Notes under the pieces: generated by a model | Told to the model about the DNA's origin: nothing | What the model saw: the letters and a program-made list of their open reading frames with translations, nothing else | The model's database searches: none | Assembly (NCBI GenBank): GCA_024692605.1 | Contig: JAILMQ010000072.1 | Coordinates: 5,238-69,237 of the forward strand | Direction: 5' to 3' | From: Eubacterium sp. | Lineage (GTDB): Bacteria; Bacillota; Clostridia; Lachnospirales; Lachnospiraceae | Length of the DNA: 64,000 nucleotides | In this document: one piece after another, positions 9,850 through 19,910 of the stretch | Numbering within the stretch: position 1 is the stretch's first letter | Layout of the letters: each line of letters begins with the position of its first letter | Program-made: the position numbers and the translations under genes

Positions 9850-10557
9850 TTACTCGGCCTTGTGACGGTGCCCTGATATCTTCGCATTTATAATAGCAAC
9901 CGATACCTTTAACATATAATAGAAGCTTGCCTTTATATTAATGGAGGATTTTCCCTCTTCTCTGGCCTTCATAACCACGGGAATCTCACTCACTTTATAT
10001 CCCTTCGCAAGGATAAGCACAAGACTTTCCGGCTCCGGATAATCCTTGGGATAATAGTTGGAAAAAACCTTCATTAAGTCTTTATCTATCAGTCGCATTC
10101 CCGATGTAGGATCCGTAATGTTTTTTCCGGTAAGCAGTTTTATAAGTCCGGTAAAATATTTAATCCCAAATCTTCTTGCCTTTGTTGACTGAAAGCCTTT
10201 ACCCTCGATAAATCTGGAACCTATTACCATATCACTTCCGGATTTTTGCATCTCCTCCAGCATATCTTCAAGGTATTTTGCATCATGCTGACCGTCACCA
10301 TCAAACTGAACAACTGTATCATATCCATGATAAAGTCCATACATGATTCCCGTCTGCACCGCTCCGCCGATTCCCAGGTTCACCGGAAGATCTAAATAAT
10401 TAAACCGATTCTCTCTGCAAACCTCAAGGGTATTATCCTTTGAACCATCATTTACGATGATATAATCAAAATCAGGTGCGTTTTTTCTTACATTTTCAAT
10501 TGTATTCACTATATTTCCGGCTTCGTTATATGCCGGTATCACTATCAGATTTTTCAT
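9850..10557 (-). CDS. Polyprenyl-phosphate glycosyltransferase, GacI/DPM1-like GT2
   Basis: IVIPAYNE, NLGIGGAVQTG, QFDGDGQH, VIGSRF, DPTSG, DYPEPE. Confidence 0.9.
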   Translation of the reverse strand: MKNLIVIPAYNEAGNIVNTIENVRKNAPDFDYIIVNDGSKDNTLEVCRENRFNYLDLPVNLGIGGAVQTGIMYGLYHGYDTVVQFDGDGQHDAKYLEDMLEEMQKSGSDMVIGSRFIEGKGFQSTKARRFGIKYFTGLIKLLTGKNITDPTSGMRLIDKDLMKVFSNYYPKDYPEPESLVLILAKGYKVSEIPVVMKAREEGKSSINIKASFYYMLKVSVAIINAKISGHRHKAE

Positions 10558-10578
10558 CTGTCTTTTCCCGAAGAATTA

Positions 10579-12006
10579 TTAAACCCAATATCTTATATAC
10601 ATGTTGTATGCAACGTTAAAGAAAATCGAAGCATAGTAGAAATAAAGTACCAGATAATAATATTTTTTATGTTTTATCTTGCTTGTTCCGGATATGGCAA
10701 CAGCAGCTATAGGAAGCACCGGAATAAAGTACCTTCCCTGCACTCCTACTATCTGGAACAGATCCTTTACATAGGTGCGGTATACTTCGTAGTTCTGAGT
10801 TATATCATAGTCCTGAATCTTCAGTGTCCATGTCTGAAGTGCAATAAATACGAAGAGCATGGCAACGCAGGCCATAAATATAAGCCAGAGTCTCTGCTTT
10901 ATGGAAAAGTAAACCGGCTTTTCCTCAATCAGATGTGAGTTAATATAGGTCAGCGTACCAAAATACATAACAATCAGTATCAGCGGCGCACCAAGTTCAA
11001 ACCAGCCGTATATTGCCACAATACCGGTTATATAATGTCCGGTAAATGTAACGAAGGTGTGATTCATCACACTGATAAAGGACGGCAGCTCCATCACATC
11101 TGCTATGATAGTTTTAATAAAATCATTTTCTCTTCCCAGGTAGACAAGGAGAACTCCTGCAGCAATGATAAGTACAAGGAAAATGTACCAGAACCGTCTG
11201 ATTATCGAAGCAAGCTCTATCTTCTTTCCAATCTTAAGATCAAAATGATCATATGGAATTATAAGTATTGTTCCCAGTATAAATAAATAAGGAGCTTTAA
11301 TTATTGCAATAACAAAGGTTATTAAAAGAGCAAGTATTACCTGTCTCCATCTGATCTTCTCCTCCTGGTAAAACATTTTCAGGATGTATGCAAAAAGCAG
11401 AAGTGCCAGTGGTATAAGCTCTACGTCATAGTTAATTGATGAACATTGCTGCATTACCATAGGTGACAGCAGCACAAACATAAACAGATCCTTTTTTATC
11501 GGTGCTATCTTTATTGTCAGGGCACCGATTATGACATAGAAGATGGTGGCAAATATTTCCGCCATGTGGGTACATGCAAGTATGGGCAGACCCAGGGCGA
11601 CTCCTATGTAGAATCCTATTCCTGCAGGCAGATATTTTAAAATGTTGATGTTAGGATGGAAACTGGAAAGAGTAAGGTCTCCCTTGAACTTTACCTTTGA
11701 AACCTTCGTCAGCTTTTCCCTGTCGACTCTTGCCTCTATATCTCCCTTTACATCAAGAAGTCCTCCCTTTTTAAGAAGTACCTTCTTTATCTGCTTATGA
11801 TATCCTTTAGTTCCGTAGGCCCCTTCCATAAAAGCGTAGTGGCCATATTCATCCGGAACCTGTCCGGTAGGAAACAGGAAGGAGAAAACAATTCCTTCAA
11901 AAAGGGCTATTACGATAAATACTATGGGAAGTGGTGTAAACACTTTCCAGATAAAGTCCTTCAATATTTGATTTTTCTTTAATCTGGCTGCTAACGTTTC
12001 ACTCAT
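10579..12006 (-). CDS. DUF2142-like polytopic membrane protein (putative GT-C fold transferase)
   Basis: PDEYGH after TM1, many TMs, GVQGRYFIP near the C-terminus. Confidence 0.75.
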   Translation of the reverse strand: MSETLAARLKKNQILKDFIWKVFTPLPIVFIVIALFEGIVFSFLFPTGQVPDEYGHYAFMEGAYGTKGYHKQIKKVLLKKGGLLDVKGDIEARVDREKLTKVSKVKFKGDLTLSSFHPNINILKYLPAGIGFYIGVALGLPILACTHMAEIFATIFYVIIGALTIKIAPIKKDLFMFVLLSPMVMQQCSSINYDVELIPLALLLFAYILKMFYQEEKIRWRQVILALLITFVIAIIKAPYLFILGTILIIPYDHFDLKIGKKIELASIIRRFWYIFLVLIIAAGVLLVYLGRENDFIKTIIADVMELPSFISVMNHTFVTFTGHYITGIVAIYGWFELGAPLILIVMYFGTLTYINSHLIEEKPVYFSIKQRLWLIFMACVAMLFVFIALQTWTLKIQDYDITQNYEVYRTYVKDLFQIVGVQGRYFIPVLPIAAVAISGTSKIKHKKYYYLVLYFYYASIFFNVAYNMYIRYWV

Positions 12007-13748
12007 TTTTCAGTATATTTATCTGCGGGATAATATTTATCTCCACCCTTCAGAATTCCTTTCCATTTTTCATTTATTTTAACTCTGTCCCTTCTTATGG
12101 AACGAACATCAGAGGAATATCTTTTTTTCTTTTCACCATTTGTCGAATAACCGAAAAGACTGGTTCCGTTATAAACAGAAAGTTTTCCGGCCGCTCCAAG
12201 CTTCAGGCAATAATCCAGAATACTGTAGGAATAATTGGAATATTCCATGTCGAAGCCACCAAGTTCATTAAAAAGACTCTTTTTAGTGAGGAACACATAT
12301 TCCCTCAGTGCCGAATAATCCTTATATTTAGTGAGGGTATTATCATTCTTCTCATTCAGAAGAAATTCACCATGAGGCATATTTTTCTTTCCCAGAATTA
12401 TTCCTGCATGCCTGAAATAACCATTTCCGTCAAAGATCTTGGGGCCAACCGCTCCCACATCTTCTCTTCCATGAATAATTCCAAGCATATCCTCAAGAGC
12501 TGTTTCATATTTCAGAAATGCCCGGCTATCCATAAACATTACATACTCACCACTTGCTTCGGATATATAATCATTCACCAGCTTTGTTCTGGAAGGTCTG
12601 TGACCATTTCCCTCCTCGTCTCTTGGAGGATAAGTCAGTCTTATAACTTCTATATTTTCATAGGTCGCTGTCTCTGTAATGGACTTTTCTGCATAGTCCA
12701 TGAGATATTTTTCCAGCTCCTTATCTTCTTTTTCCATCTTAGGAGGAAGGAGAAAAACTGAAAGCAGCGGATTATCCGAAAGATCATATACAGGATTATA
12801 GAATCCCGGAAATTCTCCCTGTTCCACCTTTACAGGAAGTCCCAGTCTGTCATAATGCTGCTGCAGAGCCTTAGTACCTGCTTCATAGGCGTAGGTTTTA
12901 TTAGACGCATTTCCCGCTGTTGAAGTCTCATTAATTCTCCAGCTGTAAACCGGCTTCGCCAGATGATAAATCTTCTCTGCCTGTTCTGTACATCTCAGAA
13001 TGAAGTCGTAGTCCTGAGCCCCATTAAACTCATCCTTCAGCAGACCTACCTTATCCACAAGATTCTTACGAACCACAAACATATGGGTTATATAATTGCA
13101 GCTTCCTATGGCATCTATGTTGAACTCCGGCTTGTAGGCCGGCTCAAATCTATCCTCACCCCTGCTATCGGTCTTATCCTCATCTGTGTAAATAACATCG
13201 ATGGCTTTATCTGCATTCAGAGCTTTGGCGCATTCGAAAAGTGCATCCGGCGCGAAAAGATCGTCATGATCACCAAGTACCAAAAAATCCCCACTCATAA
13301 TTTTGTAGGCCTGATTGGTATTGGAAGAAATCCCAAGTGGACCTGGTTGATCATTAATCAACCTTATACGGTCATCTTCCTCCATATAAGGCTTCAGGAT
13401 GTTGGCCAGACGTTCCTTATCACCACTTCCATCTGACATGCAAAGCTCCCACCTGATATAGGTCTGAGCCTTCACACTGTCAATCAGCTCCTTCAGATAT
13501 TTTTCATCTGTTTCATAAAGTGGTACAAGAATACTGAAAAAAGGCTTGTAGCTGAAATCCGTTCTTCTCTGAAAATCCAGCTCTTCCTCTGAAAGAGCAG
13601 TTTCCTTAATATATTTTTTATATCTGTTATCCCTATAAACCTGAAATCTTCTATATCCCGGAGACAGATACTTGGCCGCTCTGGCACTGGTATTCACCAT
13701 TCCGTTTCTCCTGATATATCCGGAAATCCTGTCTTTACTTAATTTCAT
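12003..13748 (-). CDS. Two-domain GT2 glycosyltransferase (polymerase-like; second domain degenerate)
   Basis: SILVPLYET, GISSNTN, DHDD, YTDED, GAQDYD. The second domain has DVGAVGPK and GGFD but weak DxD motifs. Start moved to ATG 13748 (SD AGGTG). Confidence 0.85.
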   Translation of the reverse strand: MKLSKDRISGYIRRNGMVNTSARAAKYLSPGYRRFQVYRDNRYKKYIKETALSEEELDFQRRTDFSYKPFFSILVPLYETDEKYLKELIDSVKAQTYIRWELCMSDGSGDKERLANILKPYMEEDDRIRLINDQPGPLGISSNTNQAYKIMSGDFLVLGDHDDLFAPDALFECAKALNADKAIDVIYTDEDKTDSRGEDRFEPAYKPEFNIDAIGSCNYITHMFVVRKNLVDKVGLLKDEFNGAQDYDFILRCTEQAEKIYHLAKPVYSWRINETSTAGNASNKTYAYEAGTKALQQHYDRLGLPVKVEQGEFPGFYNPVYDLSDNPLLSVFLLPPKMEKEDKELEKYLMDYAEKSITETATYENIEVIRLTYPPRDEEGNGHRPSRTKLVNDYISEASGEYVMFMDSRAFLKYETALEDMLGIIHGREDVGAVGPKIFDGNGYFRHAGIILGKKNMPHGEFLLNEKNDNTLTKYKDYSALREYVFLTKKSLFNELGGFDMEYSNYSYSILDYCLKLGAAGKLSVYNGTSLFGYSTNGEKKKRYSSDVRSIRRDRVKINEKWKGILKGGDKYYPADKYTEK

Positions 13749-13762
13749 CAATTCACCTTTTA

Positions 13763-15352
13763 TCAAAAAATGATCAGTAGTACTATGATTACTGCTGCAG
13801 CTACTCCCAGCGCAGCCATCACCTTCACCAGAGTTTTAAGCTTAGCGTTGGAGGCCTCAAGCGCCCCGATATGTCTAAGCTTATCTGAAAGCACATCCTC
13901 AAGGTCGCCGATCTGAGTCACATCCTTCATAAGTCCCCGTGTTACCATTCCGCTCCAGTCCCTGCCATAAACATATTGCTGGAAAATATCTTCCTGCTCT
14001 GAATTTTTTTCAATATCCTCCGCAGAAAATCCCATGGCCTTCATAAATTGGTCATACATGATACCTGCGAAACATTTTTTCTGATTATCTTTAAACAGAT
14101 AGCTCATGGCCCTGAACCGTACGAACTTATCGTCTATCTCAAAGCCTGCCTCTTTTGCCTCTTCTTTGCTGAAAACCCATTCATAATCTATCATCACCAG
14201 CTCACCCTCCGGGCTCCTGATGATATTTGACGGAATCATATCCAGATTGAATACCTTTTCTTTTGCATCTTTCGTTGCTTCATCTGAAGCTTCCGGCTTT
14301 TTTTCTTCACCGAAAACCGGCTGAAGCAGTTCCTTTATCCGGGCTGCAAGTTCAGTCAGACTTCCCTTCATCTCACCTACGATAGATGAAAGACTTTTGC
14401 CTTCTATATATTCAAAATGTAATTCATCGTTTACATTTCTCACATCTGCAGGTCTGATGCTGCAGCCTGATTCCTTAAGGAGCTGATTGTTTCTTTCTAT
14501 CTTAACAAGATGTTCCATAGCATCTTTGCAGGATGCTTTCTTCACAACATCTATGCATTTACCAATCTTATAAATATATGTATCTGTCCGCCATTTACTC
14601 ATACGCTCGCTGTTGAAACGGGCATATAGAAGCTTTCGGGAGAGGGATTTTTCATCCGCCGGCAGGTTCTTCCCAGCTACAACTATGAAAGAATTAGCAA
14701 ACTCCCCGGCAATTCCAGCCTCTCCGGCTGTATCCATAAACTCAGTTTCATCAAAGAAACTGATTCTGCTTTCTTTATAATCAGGAGTTGGCACCTCGAA
14801 AAAGCCTTCCTGAGGTTCCTGTCCCCTTCGGTAGATCATTCTTGGATATAGCATGTCAGGGATGGGATAGTAGGTATCAGAAATGCTCATTCCTGCTTCC
14901 GTCAAGTAATTCTCGATTTCTTTTCCGGAAAATGTGGCTGTTTTTTCTGACGAAGTCCTATCGTCGCCGGCACTTTCATCGCTTTCAGCAAAGTATCCAC
15001 GAACTGTATTCCTCTTTCCGGACCATCTATGAATCCCAAGCTTATTATTCACCGCAAGAATCAGCTCACCATCCTGCTTCAGGAGATTTACGTAGTCGCT
15101 GCATTTGCCTGCTTCGCTTCCAAGAAGGATGATAACATCAATGCTTTCCTTTTCAATGGACTGTGTGTCAGGTGATGCAGCTGCTAAAGCTTTCACACCA
15201 TTTTCACTCAGCAGTTTGCAGTAGAGCTCGCTATCTTCACCTGCAACCAGAACCTGCCTGTCCTCGAAATCAATCCAGGAAAACAGATTAAACCTTATTC
15301 GGTCTAATTCACCTTTTTCAGTTGTAGAACTATTAACCATCTCTTCCTGCAT
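13763..15352 (-). CDS. WbdD-like glycan chain-terminating protein: degenerate SAM methyltransferase, kinase-like domain, coiled coil, C-terminal TM
   Basis: MTase-like region (LLKQDGELILAVNN, YYPIPD, ANSFIVV). Kinase-like FEYIEGKSL, NLDMIPSNI, IDYEW. Hydrophobic C-terminus. Next to wzt. Confidence 0.6.
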   Translation of the reverse strand: MQEEMVNSSTTEKGELDRIRFNLFSWIDFEDRQVLVAGEDSELYCKLLSENGVKALAAASPDTQSIEKESIDVIILLGSEAGKCSDYVNLLKQDGELILAVNNKLGIHRWSGKRNTVRGYFAESDESAGDDRTSSEKTATFSGKEIENYLTEAGMSISDTYYPIPDMLYPRMIYRRGQEPQEGFFEVPTPDYKESRISFFDETEFMDTAGEAGIAGEFANSFIVVAGKNLPADEKSLSRKLLYARFNSERMSKWRTDTYIYKIGKCIDVVKKASCKDAMEHLVKIERNNQLLKESGCSIRPADVRNVNDELHFEYIEGKSLSSIVGEMKGSLTELAARIKELLQPVFGEEKKPEASDEATKDAKEKVFNLDMIPSNIIRSPEGELVMIDYEWVFSKEEAKEAGFEIDDKFVRFRAMSYLFKDNQKKCFAGIMYDQFMKAMGFSAEDIEKNSEQEDIFQQYVYGRDWSGMVTRGLMKDVTQIGDLEDVLSDKLRHIGALEASNAKLKTLVKVMAALGVAAAVIIVLLIIF

Positions 15353-15365
15353 ATTTTCCTTCTTT

Positions 15366-15511
15366 TCTTTGTTTCAGCTACACGTGGCTATGATTTTGGA
15401 CTTTTCCCTTTTTTCTTAGCCGTTTTCTCTCAATTCACTCTTTGTTTTAGCTTCCCGTGGCTATGATTTTGAACTTTTCCCTTTTTTCTTAGCCATTTTC
15501 TCTCAATTTAC
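15366..15511. repeat. 73-bp direct tandem repeat, two copies
   Basis: Units at 15366-15438 and 15439-15511 differ by a few substitutions. Each has an internal TGGCTA...TAGCC inverted repeat. Confidence 0.92.
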
Positions 15512-16722
15512 TCACGGACACTTACTTTGGAATTCAGATCGAAGAATCCCACCGTATCCTTTGACGAAATAACTGTAAGTTCCGTCACATCATAGAGTCT
15601 GTGGAATACTCTTAATTCATATTCCTCAAACCTTGTACATCCCAGGGACAAAAGATAATCGCCCCCCTGGAGGTCCATATTCTGGGTGAAGACAACCGTC
15701 CTCTCATCCCCCGGCTCCAGATGTCCAAGATCCACCTTTTCATACATCGTGTTGGTACCCGTTATATCGGTACCCTTTGAATTTCTGATAGTTATTGCAA
15801 CTATTGGACTGACCACAGGTTCATTGGCCCTTATGGTCACCTCTATACTGAATTCTTCACCCTTCAGAAGAGATGTTGTCTCCCTTCCGGAGGAATCGAT
15901 AACCTTGTAATCAATAATCTCTGCCTTCTTGTCGCCATAATCCTGGCTTCCGTCAAGTTCCTTTTTAAGGTTACCGCCACTGCTTTGTCCCGCCAGGATC
16001 TGCTTATAAAGATCTATTATATCCTTCGGCGTTCCGTCGGATACCATCTCACCCTTATTAAGAAGGATTGCTCTGTCGCAGTACTTTTCTATACTTGAAA
16101 GGTCGTGGCTTACGAAAAGAATGGTCTTGCCCTGCTTCTTGAATTCCTCGAACTTCTGATAGCATTTGGCCTGGAAGAAAACGTCTCCTACGGAGAGAGC
16201 TTCATCCACTATCAGAATTTCCGGCTCGATATTGATGGCCACCGCAAATGCAAGACGCACGAACATACCTGATGAATAGGTCTTAACCGGCTGGTACACA
16301 AACTCTCCGATATCTGCAAACTTCAGAATATCATCCAGTTTCTTGTCAACTTCATCCTTTGTGAAGCCCATCATGGTGCCATTAAGATAAATGTTTTCTA
16401 TACCGGTGTATTCGAGATTGAAACCGGCTCCCAGCTCCAGCAGTGCTGAAATACGGCCGTCAATTTCTACATTTCCCTCAGTAGGACTAACCACACCGGT
16501 TATGATCTTGAGGATTGTGGACTTACCGGCTCCATTGGTTCCGATGATGCCGATGCACTCGCCCTTTTCCACGTTAAAGCTTACACCCTTCAGAGCCCAA
16601 TGTTCCTTAAAATGGGACAGGAAAGAAAGCCCCAGTGCATCCTTGAGACGATCAAGTTTCTTCTCATAGAGCTTGTACTTTTTCTTTATTCCGTTGACTG
16701 ATATTGCACAGTTGTTATTCAT
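15508..16722 (-). CDS. wzt: Polysaccharide ABC exporter ATPase with C-terminal carbohydrate-binding (Wzt_C) domain
   Basis: GTNGAGKST, YSSGM, DEALSVGD, SHD, plus an Ig-like C-terminal extension (DYGDKKAEI...GGDYLLSLG). Confidence 0.93.
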   Translation of the reverse strand: MNNNCAISVNGIKKKYKLYEKKLDRLKDALGLSFLSHFKEHWALKGVSFNVEKGECIGIIGTNGAGKSTILKIITGVVSPTEGNVEIDGRISALLELGAGFNLEYTGIENIYLNGTMMGFTKDEVDKKLDDILKFADIGEFVYQPVKTYSSGMFVRLAFAVAINIEPEILIVDEALSVGDVFFQAKCYQKFEEFKKQGKTILFVSHDLSSIEKYCDRAILLNKGEMVSDGTPKDIIDLYKQILAGQSSGGNLKKELDGSQDYGDKKAEIIDYKVIDSSGRETTSLLKGEEFSIEVTIRANEPVVSPIVAITIRNSKGTDITGTNTMYEKVDLGHLEPGDERTVVFTQNMDLQGGDYLLSLGCTRFEEYELRVFHRLYDVTELTVISSKDTVGFFDLNSKVSVRE

Positions 16723-16788
16723 ATAAACTCCTAAGTAATTCTTTACACACCTCTTATTTGCAGTGACTCAAAACCGCACTCTTAAGTC

Positions 16789-17604
16789 CTACAGCAGGTC
16801 GGCAAAGTGTGGTCTTGATCTTTTGTATACACTTGCTCCGAACATGAATATAAGTATTGTGGCAACCCAGAAATAAATTGTCCACATTCCTTTTCCCTGC
16901 CAGAAAAATCTATCGTATAGCAGACAGTCTCTGTAACCGTCCACCAGATAATAAACCGGATTGAGTTTGAATATTTTCAGAAGTGTTGGTGAGAGTGTGC
17001 TCTCCGCATCCCACATAATAGGCGTGATCCAGACACCTGTCTGAATTATAATGATGTTGATAATCTGTTTCATATCCCGGAAGAATACAACTATAGATGA
17101 AAACAGGTATGCAAGTCCCAGTGACAGGATAAAGGTTGCAGCCATGTAGTAAAGTATCTGCAGGTAGTAGATGTCCGGATAGAAACCATTTATCGCCAGA
17201 AGTATTATTGTAAAAAGCACAAAAAACAGATGTACAAATATCGCTGAAACCACTTTGATAAATGGAATTATGCTGATATTAAATACAACCTGTTTTACAA
17301 GATAACTATAATCAAGAAAACCGGTGGCTCCGCCGCTGATGGCCTCTGCAAAGAAAAACCATGGGATGATACCACAGATCAGCCGGAACACATAGGGGTA
17401 AGTTTCATCGGCAGCGGCTACATTTCTAAGCCCCACCTGAAATACAAACCAGTAAACGAGTATAGTAACAATAGGCTGAATAAATGCCCATACTATTCCC
17501 AGATATGAACCGGCGAACTTTGTTCTGAAATCATTGCCCGCCAGCTTCATAGAAAGTTTCCAGTTTTGTTTGATATTTTTAATAATCTCTATCGATGCTT
17601 TCAT
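16789..17604 (-). CDS. wzm: Polysaccharide ABC exporter permease
   Basis: GSYLGIVWAFIQP, PWFFF, FFRD, TPIMW, LNPVYY. Confidence 0.92.
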   Translation of the reverse strand: MKASIEIIKNIKQNWKLSMKLAGNDFRTKFAGSYLGIVWAFIQPIVTILVYWFVFQVGLRNVAAADETYPYVFRLICGIIPWFFFAEAISGGATGFLDYSYLVKQVVFNISIIPFIKVVSAIFVHLFFVLFTIILLAINGFYPDIYYLQILYYMAATFILSLGLAYLFSSIVVFFRDMKQIINIIIIQTGVWITPIMWDAESTLSPTLLKIFKLNPVYYLVDGYRDCLLYDRFFWQGKGMWTIYFWVATILIFMFGASVYKRSRPHFADLL

Positions 17605-17615
17605 ACTTATCTCGC

Positions 17616-18191
17616 TTATTTTTTATAATCAGCGATGCCTCCCCAAAGTTTATCCTTGTCTGAAAGGATGAGATCATCCTCAGTCATTCCATCAGGCATC
17701 GGCCACTGAACTCCGATCTGGGGATCCTTCCAAAGAAGGCCGCCCTCATCGTTTGGATGATAAAAGTCAGTGCATTTATAGCAGAATTCAGCATAGTCAG
17801 AAAGAACAATAAATCCATGAGCAAAATTCTTCGGGATGAAGAACTGCTTTTTATTCTCTTCGGAAAGACGGACGCCAAACCATTTGCCAAAGGTCTCACT
17901 TTCCTCTCTCAGATCAACGGCAACGTCAAACACTTCACCTCTTATAACACGAACCAGCTTGTCCTGAGGAAACTCCTTCTGGAAATGTAATCCTCTCAGA
18001 ACACCTTTCTTGGAAGCACTCTGATTATCCTGAACAAATTCATAGTCCAGCCCTGCTTCCTTCATATCGTTATAATTATATGTCTCCATAAAGTATCCAC
18101 GTTCATCGCCAAATACCGTAGGTGTTATCACCTTAAGGCCCTGGATTACCTGGCCGTCACATTTACATTCTTCTACTGTAATCTTTCCCAT
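17616..18191 (-). CDS. rfbC: dTDP-4-dehydrorhamnose 3,5-epimerase family (RmlC cupin)
   Basis: FGDERGYFME, QDNQS, GVLRGLHFQ, FAHGF, LSDKD. Confidence 0.9.
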   Translation of the reverse strand: MGKITVEECKCDGQVIQGLKVITPTVFGDERGYFMETYNYNDMKEAGLDYEFVQDNQSASKKGVLRGLHFQKEFPQDKLVRVIRGEVFDVAVDLREESETFGKWFGVRLSEENKKQFFIPKNFAHGFIVLSDYAEFCYKCTDFYHPNDEGGLLWKDPQIGVQWPMPDGMTEDDLILSDKDKLWGGIADYKK

Positions 18192-18206
18192 GTTTATCTC
18201 CTTGGT

Positions 18207-18235
18207 AACCCACTGGGGTCAGACCCCCTTGGGTT
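18207..18235. repeat. 29-bp palindromic REP-like element, copy 5
   Basis: AACCCACTGGGGTCAGACCCCCTTGGGTT. Overlaps the TAA stop at 18234-18236 and abuts the rfbC RBS. Confidence 0.95.
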
Positions 18236-19910
18236 ATTTATCGTCTTTTTCTTTTTGTTCTTTTTTCTCCTGCTCTTCCCTCTCATGACGAACCTTCGGA
18301 GTTTCGTACTCAGCCTCCGGATCATAGCCCAGTATTCGGCAGGATTCGGCATAGTCCTCGTTGCGAACCCATATCTGTTCGGTACCTGGAAGATAGGTGT
18401 AATTCTCTTCTATAAAGTTGTATGCCTCAGGAGCGTATTCACTCATCTTAGCGCCCCAGCACACATAGTCTTCGGTATAAACAATTACCTTCGGTCTGAT
18501 CTGCTTTACTCTGTCAAACCTCTTACTTCCGACGCCTTCCCACATCCATGGACAGCTCACCGGAACGTTTACATTTGGCACCTTGGAAACCCATTCCACA
18601 GTGTTACATATGTTAGTCTGCCACATCATATCGTTCTCATCGGTAATGGCAAGAACCGCATCTGTATCAGACTCATAATGATTTTTCTCGCTGAAATATA
18701 CAAACACGAAATTCTCGGTAAGGTTATTGCAGTAATTTACGAAGATCAGGAAGCAAAATGTAACGAAATACGCCTTTCTTGCAAGCCCCGCCTTCGCAAA
18801 CTTTTCTTTACTCTGATAAACAATATCAATCATAACGCTGGCTGAAAGAAGTGCCAGAGCAGCCTCTGCCTGTTTACCATGGAAGGAGAAATAACCTCTT
18901 TCTGCAAGAGACATTACAAACATACTAAGTGTAACGCCTGCTATGACGCCTTCCTTCTTATGTAATTTGTATGGGAAGTAAAGTGTTCCCATCAAAAGCA
19001 TGCTTTTCTCAATCAGTGCATACTGGGTCAGATCTTTAAGCTTAAACTCGATAAATGATCCGCAAAGTCTGGTAATCGGAATAAAGAATCCTTCAAGGGC
19101 GGATCCACCGATACCGATATATTTAGGATAGTATTCTCTGTTTACCACATATGCCTGATAATAGCAGTCATAAAGTGAATGTGTTGCAAGGGAATATATG
19201 ATGAATATCACCCACGGAATAAGCACTATACCGAAAAGCTTCAAATATCTTTTCAGCATCATTGCCCACCACTCTTTCATCGGCTGCTTATTCTTTATTC
19301 CCCAATATATTTCCAGACTGAGAACACCCAGTCCCAGATAGAACAGTGCATATATTGAGACAAATGTAGTACCAAGGGTAAACACCACTGCAATACTCAT
19401 GAGGATGCATCCCTTAATATCAATGTCCTTCTCCTTCAGGAATCTGAGAAGTTCCAGTATAAATATTTCCGCTCCGATGGCTGCCAGATTCTCCGAAAGT
19501 ATCTGAGTGGAAAAATCCTGATTCTGTAAAAGTGTGAAGAATAAAATCGGATGAAGGACTATAGCCCACTTGTTAAAGTATTTTCTATATCTGAAGGCAA
19601 AGCCTGTCCAGAAAGCTGCAAACATGATATAGAAGCAGATTCTCTGGAGATAGATCTCTCTGGCACCGATCAGATAGAAAAATGCACTTATATAATAAGT
19701 GAATGGCATGTGCTGGGAGGGAAGATCCCTGTATAATACATTTCCCAGATTCATCTCATAGGCATATACGTATATGTCTACCTCATCCGGATCAAACCAG
19801 GTATTATAAAGATATTTCAACTGGATAAATACCAGAAATGCGAAACATCCCAGTCCCAGAATGAGTCTTCTTTTTTTATTGTCAGCCCATATTTCTTTAA
19901 TCGTCTTCAA
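18234..19910 (-). CDS. Polytopic membrane protein, putative GT-C (Und-P-sugar-dependent) transferase
   Basis: DPDE after TM1, LYRDLPSQHMPF loop, many TMs, soluble C-terminal domain. Overlaps the GtrB-like gene. Start tentatively set at TTG 19910 (the ORF track gives 19934). Confidence 0.65.
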   Translation of the reverse strand: MKTIKEIWADNKKRRLILGLGCFAFLVFIQLKYLYNTWFDPDEVDIYVYAYEMNLGNVLYRDLPSQHMPFTYYISAFFYLIGAREIYLQRICFYIMFAAFWTGFAFRYRKYFNKWAIVLHPILFFTLLQNQDFSTQILSENLAAIGAEIFILELLRFLKEKDIDIKGCILMSIAVVFTLGTTFVSIYALFYLGLGVLSLEIYWGIKNKQPMKEWWAMMLKRYLKLFGIVLIPWVIFIIYSLATHSLYDCYYQAYVVNREYYPKYIGIGGSALEGFFIPITRLCGSFIEFKLKDLTQYALIEKSMLLMGTLYFPYKLHKKEGVIAGVTLSMFVMSLAERGYFSFHGKQAEAALALLSASVMIDIVYQSKEKFAKAGLARKAYFVTFCFLIFVNYCNNLTENFVFVYFSEKNHYESDTDAVLAITDENDMMWQTNICNTVEWVSKVPNVNVPVSCPWMWEGVGSKRFDRVKQIRPKVIVYTEDYVCWGAKMSEYAPEAYNFIEENYTYLPGTEQIWVRNEDYAESCRILGYDPEAEYETPKVRHEREEQEKKEQKEKDDK

